DNA of 64,000 nt, taken from the NCBI GenBank assembly GCA_025594325.1, contig JANHCV010000003.1, positions 124,001-188,000 of the forward strand, read 5' to 3'. Made by a program: the position numbers and the translations under genes. Below, in pieces: positions 59,928 to 64,000 of this stretch (position 1 is its first letter; each line of letters begins with the position of its first letter). Below the pieces are notes generated by a model. That model saw only the letters and a program-made list of their open reading frames with translations. It ran no database searches and was not told the DNA's origin. Origin of the DNA: Blastocladiella emersonii ATCC 22665 (lineage: Eukaryota; Fungi; Blastocladiomycota).

Positions 59928-60079
59928 GGGCGCGTTAAATGGAAGAGGTTGTTGGACCGCGGCAACTCTAAGCAGCCCTCCCTGAGAACCGGCTCGCGAC
60001 GTTCAAGAAGCGCCACACCGTCGCTGGCGACCTCTCCGCCGCTGGACAAGTCTACCTCCACGCGCCGTGAGCCACATCG

Positions 60080-60178
60080 CCGTGCTGGAGCAGAACGGGG
60101 AGAGCAGGTAGATTGCAGCACTCGAGCGCTTGGGTGGTCGAGCTGCCCGGCAGAATGTCGGTCAGTCCTGACCGGCGT
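60080..60178 (-). pseudogene. Relic of a third LRR paralog, downstream of the transposon insertion
   Basis: Translates ILPGSSTTQALECCNL versus copy F LLPDSLTELRLSACEM. Confidence 0.45.
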
Positions 60179-62660
60179 CATCGGGAAATGGGGGGTCACC
60201 CCGCTGCGGTGGACCACGAAGATCTTCCTAGATCACTGTGATCTACGAAGATCTTAGCCCTGCGGAAATCTAGCCCCGCTCGACCAGTCCGAAGTGGTTC
60301 CGCTCGCGAAGATCTTGGCACCCGACATAGATCTACGAGTAATATATGGTGCTCGACCACAAATCTAGGAAGGAGTCGAGCGCTTGCACTCGCGCAGCGA
60401 ACGACTTTGAGACAAAACTCGCGCGGCGCGTCCTTGACTCTCAAATCACAACACCGATCATTGCTGCCTTTGTCCTCCATAGTCGCGTTTGGAATAAATC
60501 AAGCAGTTCACTGGACTATCTCTCAGTCGTGCATCAGCTCGTCGCACAGGCGGGTCGGGAGAACCGTGGTTCAAGTGAGCAAACAGGGAGCACCACACAT
60601 GCAGCGTGACCAACGAAGTGGGAAGGGGAGAGGGCCAGGGGCATCGATTCCCTCGAGGCGGTGTGCAGGATCGGCGTCAAGGAACGTGAAAATGGAGCTG
60701 TTGAAGAGCTGCACGGGCACGACAGGAATCAAGGTTGCGGGTGCCTGCCAGTGTGCCTTCAAGCGGGAGCGAGGTCGTAAGCGGGCGTAATCACGATGTT
60801 GTAGAGCCGCCAACAATCTTGCAGGACGGATCAGCGAGTTCCGGCTCGCGCATCTCACCACGTAGCAGGTCGGGCAGAGCAGCGACGGCCAGGATCCGCA
60901 GCTGTTTTGAGATCGTTCGACCACGGAACCACGCGGTGAGGGAGTTGCAGCGTGTCAGTAATGAGATCTTCAGGTCTGCGTTGTGTATGCTTGACAAGAG
61001 GGGAGGAGACATGGACCGACGCGACGCGGCGAAGCTGTCAAGCGAGGCGGCGGTCAAGCGCACGTGAGGATCGGCGGCGTTTGTTTTGGGCCAAGTCCTA
61101 TGCTCGGTCGCCACTGCCCACCGCCCACCCTCGCCGCCGCCGACTTCCTCTCTCCTTCCCCGCCACTCGTCCTTCCCCCCAACTCCCCTACGACGCATCC
61201 AACTCCATGCACTTGCTCCAGGACTGCATCGGGCACATCGCCATGGCCTGCGCCGGGTACGAGCCAGACCCTCCCTGCGCCGTCGTGTGCACGCCACCTC
61301 GCCACCTCGCACGGCCGCCACCAACTGCTGCCTCACGCCGCGCCGCTGACCGTCGCACCGGTTTGCCCTCACTGACGCCTCTCTCGTGCTCCCGCTGTCC
61401 AGGTCCCGCCGTGGCTGATACTGCCCGCCCAAGCCGGCCGACGCAACCCTTCGCCCCCCGGACGCTCTGAACCTCGCTGGCGTCGGCGACGTGGACGCTC
61501 TCGTCGATCCTGCCGTCCTATCCTTCCTGGGGCTCGAGACGGCCTGCGGTCGCATGCTCATGGCGCCGCGTATCGTCGCCGCCATCGGTATCCCGCACGA
61601 CGTGGCGCGCGCGCGGCGACGGCGCCCAGCAACCGCAAGTCCGAGGTGCTGCTCAACCTCACGTTCGACTGGAACCGCAGGGCAACGACGTATGTTTGCG
61701 ATCGTCCGCTTTGGGCTGCTTCCCAACCAGCGATCTGACCCGGACCGCCCCGCCTATAGAACCTACGCCCGCGGCATCGTCAAGCTGACTGCCCATGGCA
61801 CCCGCTCGCGCACCCTAGGCGACCTGTCCCCCTCCCCGAGTCGTGCGTGTGTTTTCGCGCGTCTGGTCGCCCACGCTAACGCCACCGCTGGCCGACGTAG
61901 CAAAGCTGCCCGGGCCGCACCTGTTCGCCATCGTGGATCGACTCGCACCTGATCGCACGCTCGTCGACATGGTGTACTTCATCGAGCTGGTACGCGTCGC
62001 GCACGATCCTGACTCGCTTCGTAGCTCACGCCCCAACGTGTCTGTGTAGTTTGCTCCCGTGGTCCAGTCGTACGTGCAGGGGTCGGCGGCGCCCATCGTG
62101 GATGTCGACATGTTCCGCCGCAGCTACTTCCACTCGCTGGTTGCGAGCATCGAGCGTCGCCGGGCCGCTCACCCGTTTGTCCGCATGATTACGGAGGAGG
62201 TCGTGCGCCGGTCGTTCACCAAGTCCACCGCCGCTGCCGCTGCCGCTGCGACCGCAGCCTCGGCGGCGGGTGCCCGAGGCGCGAGTCCGTACGGAGTCGC
62301 GCTGGATAGCGACGACGACGACGACGACGCGTAGATTTGATGCACAATACAGATCTGTTTCTCACTCATCGAACTCTCCCGTTGTGTGCTGAGATCTCTC
62401 GCTTGGCGAAGATCGCTTGAAAATCTCACAGGTCTCCTCAGCGGCGGGGAATCTACGTTCGTTGCGAAGATCTATCGGCCCTGACGGAGTCGAGCTCGGC
62501 TGGACGGGAGGGATAGATCTATGGTGAGATCTATAGAAAACATAGGTTTGCAGTGGATTTCTACGTAGATCTTCCCCAGCTATTATGGCCCCCAAAACCC
62601 TAAGATCTATGAAAGATCTAGCTAGATCTCTTTGAGATCTTGACTCCCAATTTCCCGATG
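60179..62660. mobile_element. Putative non-autonomous class II (TIR) DNA transposon, 2482 bp, with AGATCT subterminal arrays
   Basis: TIRs 60179-60198 CATCGGGAAATGGGGGGTCA and the reverse complement of 62641-62660 CATCGGGAAATTGGGAGTCA (18/20); GT on both flanks; 4 AGATCT at the left end and 10 at the right end; no transposase motif recognised. Confidence 0.75.
61207..62334 (+). pseudogene. Intron-containing cargo gene of unknown function inside the element, with lesions
   Basis: Canonical introns 61690-61759, 61843-61900 and 61990-62049 join in frame; apparent frameshift in the (CG)5 run at 61606-61615 and a probable in-frame TGA at 61416; acidic tail DSDDDDDDA. Confidence 0.55.
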
Positions 62661-62780
62661 GTGATCCTCTACCCCCTGCTCACGTCGCCATCCAGGAAGC
62701 CTGATGAGATGCATTGCGCAATCGGAAAGCGTGAATTTGTCGAGATCAGGCACGGTAATCACACAGGGCAATCGCTCGGC
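62661..62780 (-). pseudogene. Relic of a third LRR paralog, upstream of the transposon insertion
   Basis: Translates IALCD (G has VALCD), then LDKFTLSDCAMHLIRL versus F LAKFRFSKSAIKRIDF. Confidence 0.45.
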
Positions 62781-63489
62781 GTCCATGCGTGCGCACCACG
62801 CCATGCCGCGACCTTGCTCGTGATGCTGCCCTGATGGCCAGCCTTTTCATGCCTGGAGATTTCCCGCATCCATGTCGTCTGATCTCGTCTGCTGCGAGGC
62901 ACGCGCACGCTCTCCTCGCAAACGGCGCCAGAAGGCAACCCTCGGCGCCGCCACACAACTCTGCGATGGCGCAACGCGTCGTGCGGCGCGACGGGCCGCG
63001 TTTCAGAGCGCGAGCATGGGCGCCCACATGCACCTTGGCGACATTGCGATGGTGTCATGCCATTTCAATACTTGCACGCCAGCCGACGCCAGTTTACGCC
63101 AGTTTCGCCAGCTGGCGTAGTTGGTGAGGCCTTGGCTGAGCCGCCGCGTGCCGAACCGATCATCCTGAAAGCTTGAATTTGAGAGCGAACGACTTTCAGC
63201 ACACGATCTTTGACATTCTCACGAGAATCACGCCATGTGCCCATGAGGGCGAACTCGTCAACGCCCTGCGATCACTCTTTACCAACGCCTGGTCGCGTGG
63301 CCCAGATCACGGCCCGATCACAGCAGCGGATCGCGTAATGTTCCGACTTGCACGCGCTGTACATCCGGCCGTCAGTGGACTATAAAGAGCTCGCGTTCCC
63401 TCCCCTGAACCGACTTGAAAGGAGATTCGAACCAAGTTCACCGTCCGCCCTTCGAGACCTAGACTAGACGCTGCTGCTACACCCCGACC

Positions 63490-64000
63490 ATGACCCGCGC
63501 CAACGAAAAGGCCGCCGAGAACGGCGAGGCCCCGACCAAGAAGGACTCGTTTGTCATCGACGAGGACTTTACTCGCATCGTCAACGAGCTGGCTCCGACC
63601 ACCGACGTACGGCTACACTTCGTGTCCGCCGCCGCAGGCCGCAGTCGGCACAATCCGCGGTCGACAAACTCCGTGGTCGCTCACACACCTCGGCGGCTCG
63701 ATTCTAGGATATCCAACTCCCCTCCCTCACCTTCCGCGACTGGTTCCTCGGCACCATCTTCCTCATCCTGCTCGGCGCCGTCAACACGCTCATGTCGTTC
63801 CGCACCAACGCCTTCGGAATCAGCTCGTACTTCGCTGTCCTGCTCGGCTACCCTCTCGGCAAGGCGATGCACGCATTCCTGCCCTCGTACCGCGTCAACC
63901 TGTTCGGCCTCTAGATCGACACGAATCCCGGCCCGTTCACCGTCAAGGAACACGTCCTGATCACTATCTTCGCATCGACGGGTGCGGGCGGCATCTACGG
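63490..64000 (+). CDS. OPT: OPT-family oligopeptide transporter, 5' part (runs off window), with an in-frame TAG at 63912
   Basis: Intron 63607-63707; PSLTFRDWFLG, LLGYPLGK, NPGPFTVKEHVLITIF are OPT signatures. Confidence 0.85.

Noticed and set aside
59945-60075. VEVDLSSGG.. as a third homology block of the LRR relic
   Set aside because: Spacing fits, but this DNA also resembles the region upstream of copy F, so it may be shared promoter sequence; not counted as evidence.
60360-61010. Transposase remnant on the minus strand inside the TIR element
   Set aside because: Short protein-like pieces with stops, but no DDE, zinc-finger or other transposase motif that I can recognise.
60220-62640. 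AGATCT or CWAAG clusters as CRISPR-like arrays
   Set aside because: Repeats are 5-6 nt with irregular spacers, there are no cas genes, and the context is eukaryotic.
63912-63914. UAG codon reassignment as the explanation for the OPT internal stop
   Set aside because: TAG terminates several intact genes here (7646, 16784, 24151, 33549, 48132).

Overview
Compact, very GC-rich eukaryotic genomic DNA with short spliceosomal introns (donors mostly GTACGY/GTGCGT, about 50-100 nt). It is most likely a zoosporic (flagellated) fungus such as a Blastocladiomycota member. This is an inference from the axonemal DRC5/TCTE1 gene plus fungal-type NoxA, OPT, TAH18 and TigA genes. Conserved genes: HP1-like chromo protein, GCN5, PDI, TAH18, XRCC3, EDC3, RBM25, NDUFAF8-like, GYP2-type TBC, NoxA, AGX1, DBP4, PHB2, 5'-nucleotidase, PFDN5, 14-3-3, DRC5, OPT. 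Accessory content: (1) five paralogous 7-TM receptors of the cAMP-receptor/Git3-like type in two oppositely oriented tandem arrays, four of which carry pieces of a shared upstream element; (2) a tandem RNI-like LRR locus with one intact copy, one copy broken by a 5-bp duplication, a probable third relic, and gene-conversion tracts; (3) a 2.48-kb TIR element with AGATCT subterminal arrays carrying a decayed intron-containing gene; (4) an AGX1 gene whose stop codon overlaps a splice donor leading to a hidden exon ending in PTS1 (-ARL), on top of an N-terminal mitochondrial-type leader. All calls were made by eye; no database searches were run.
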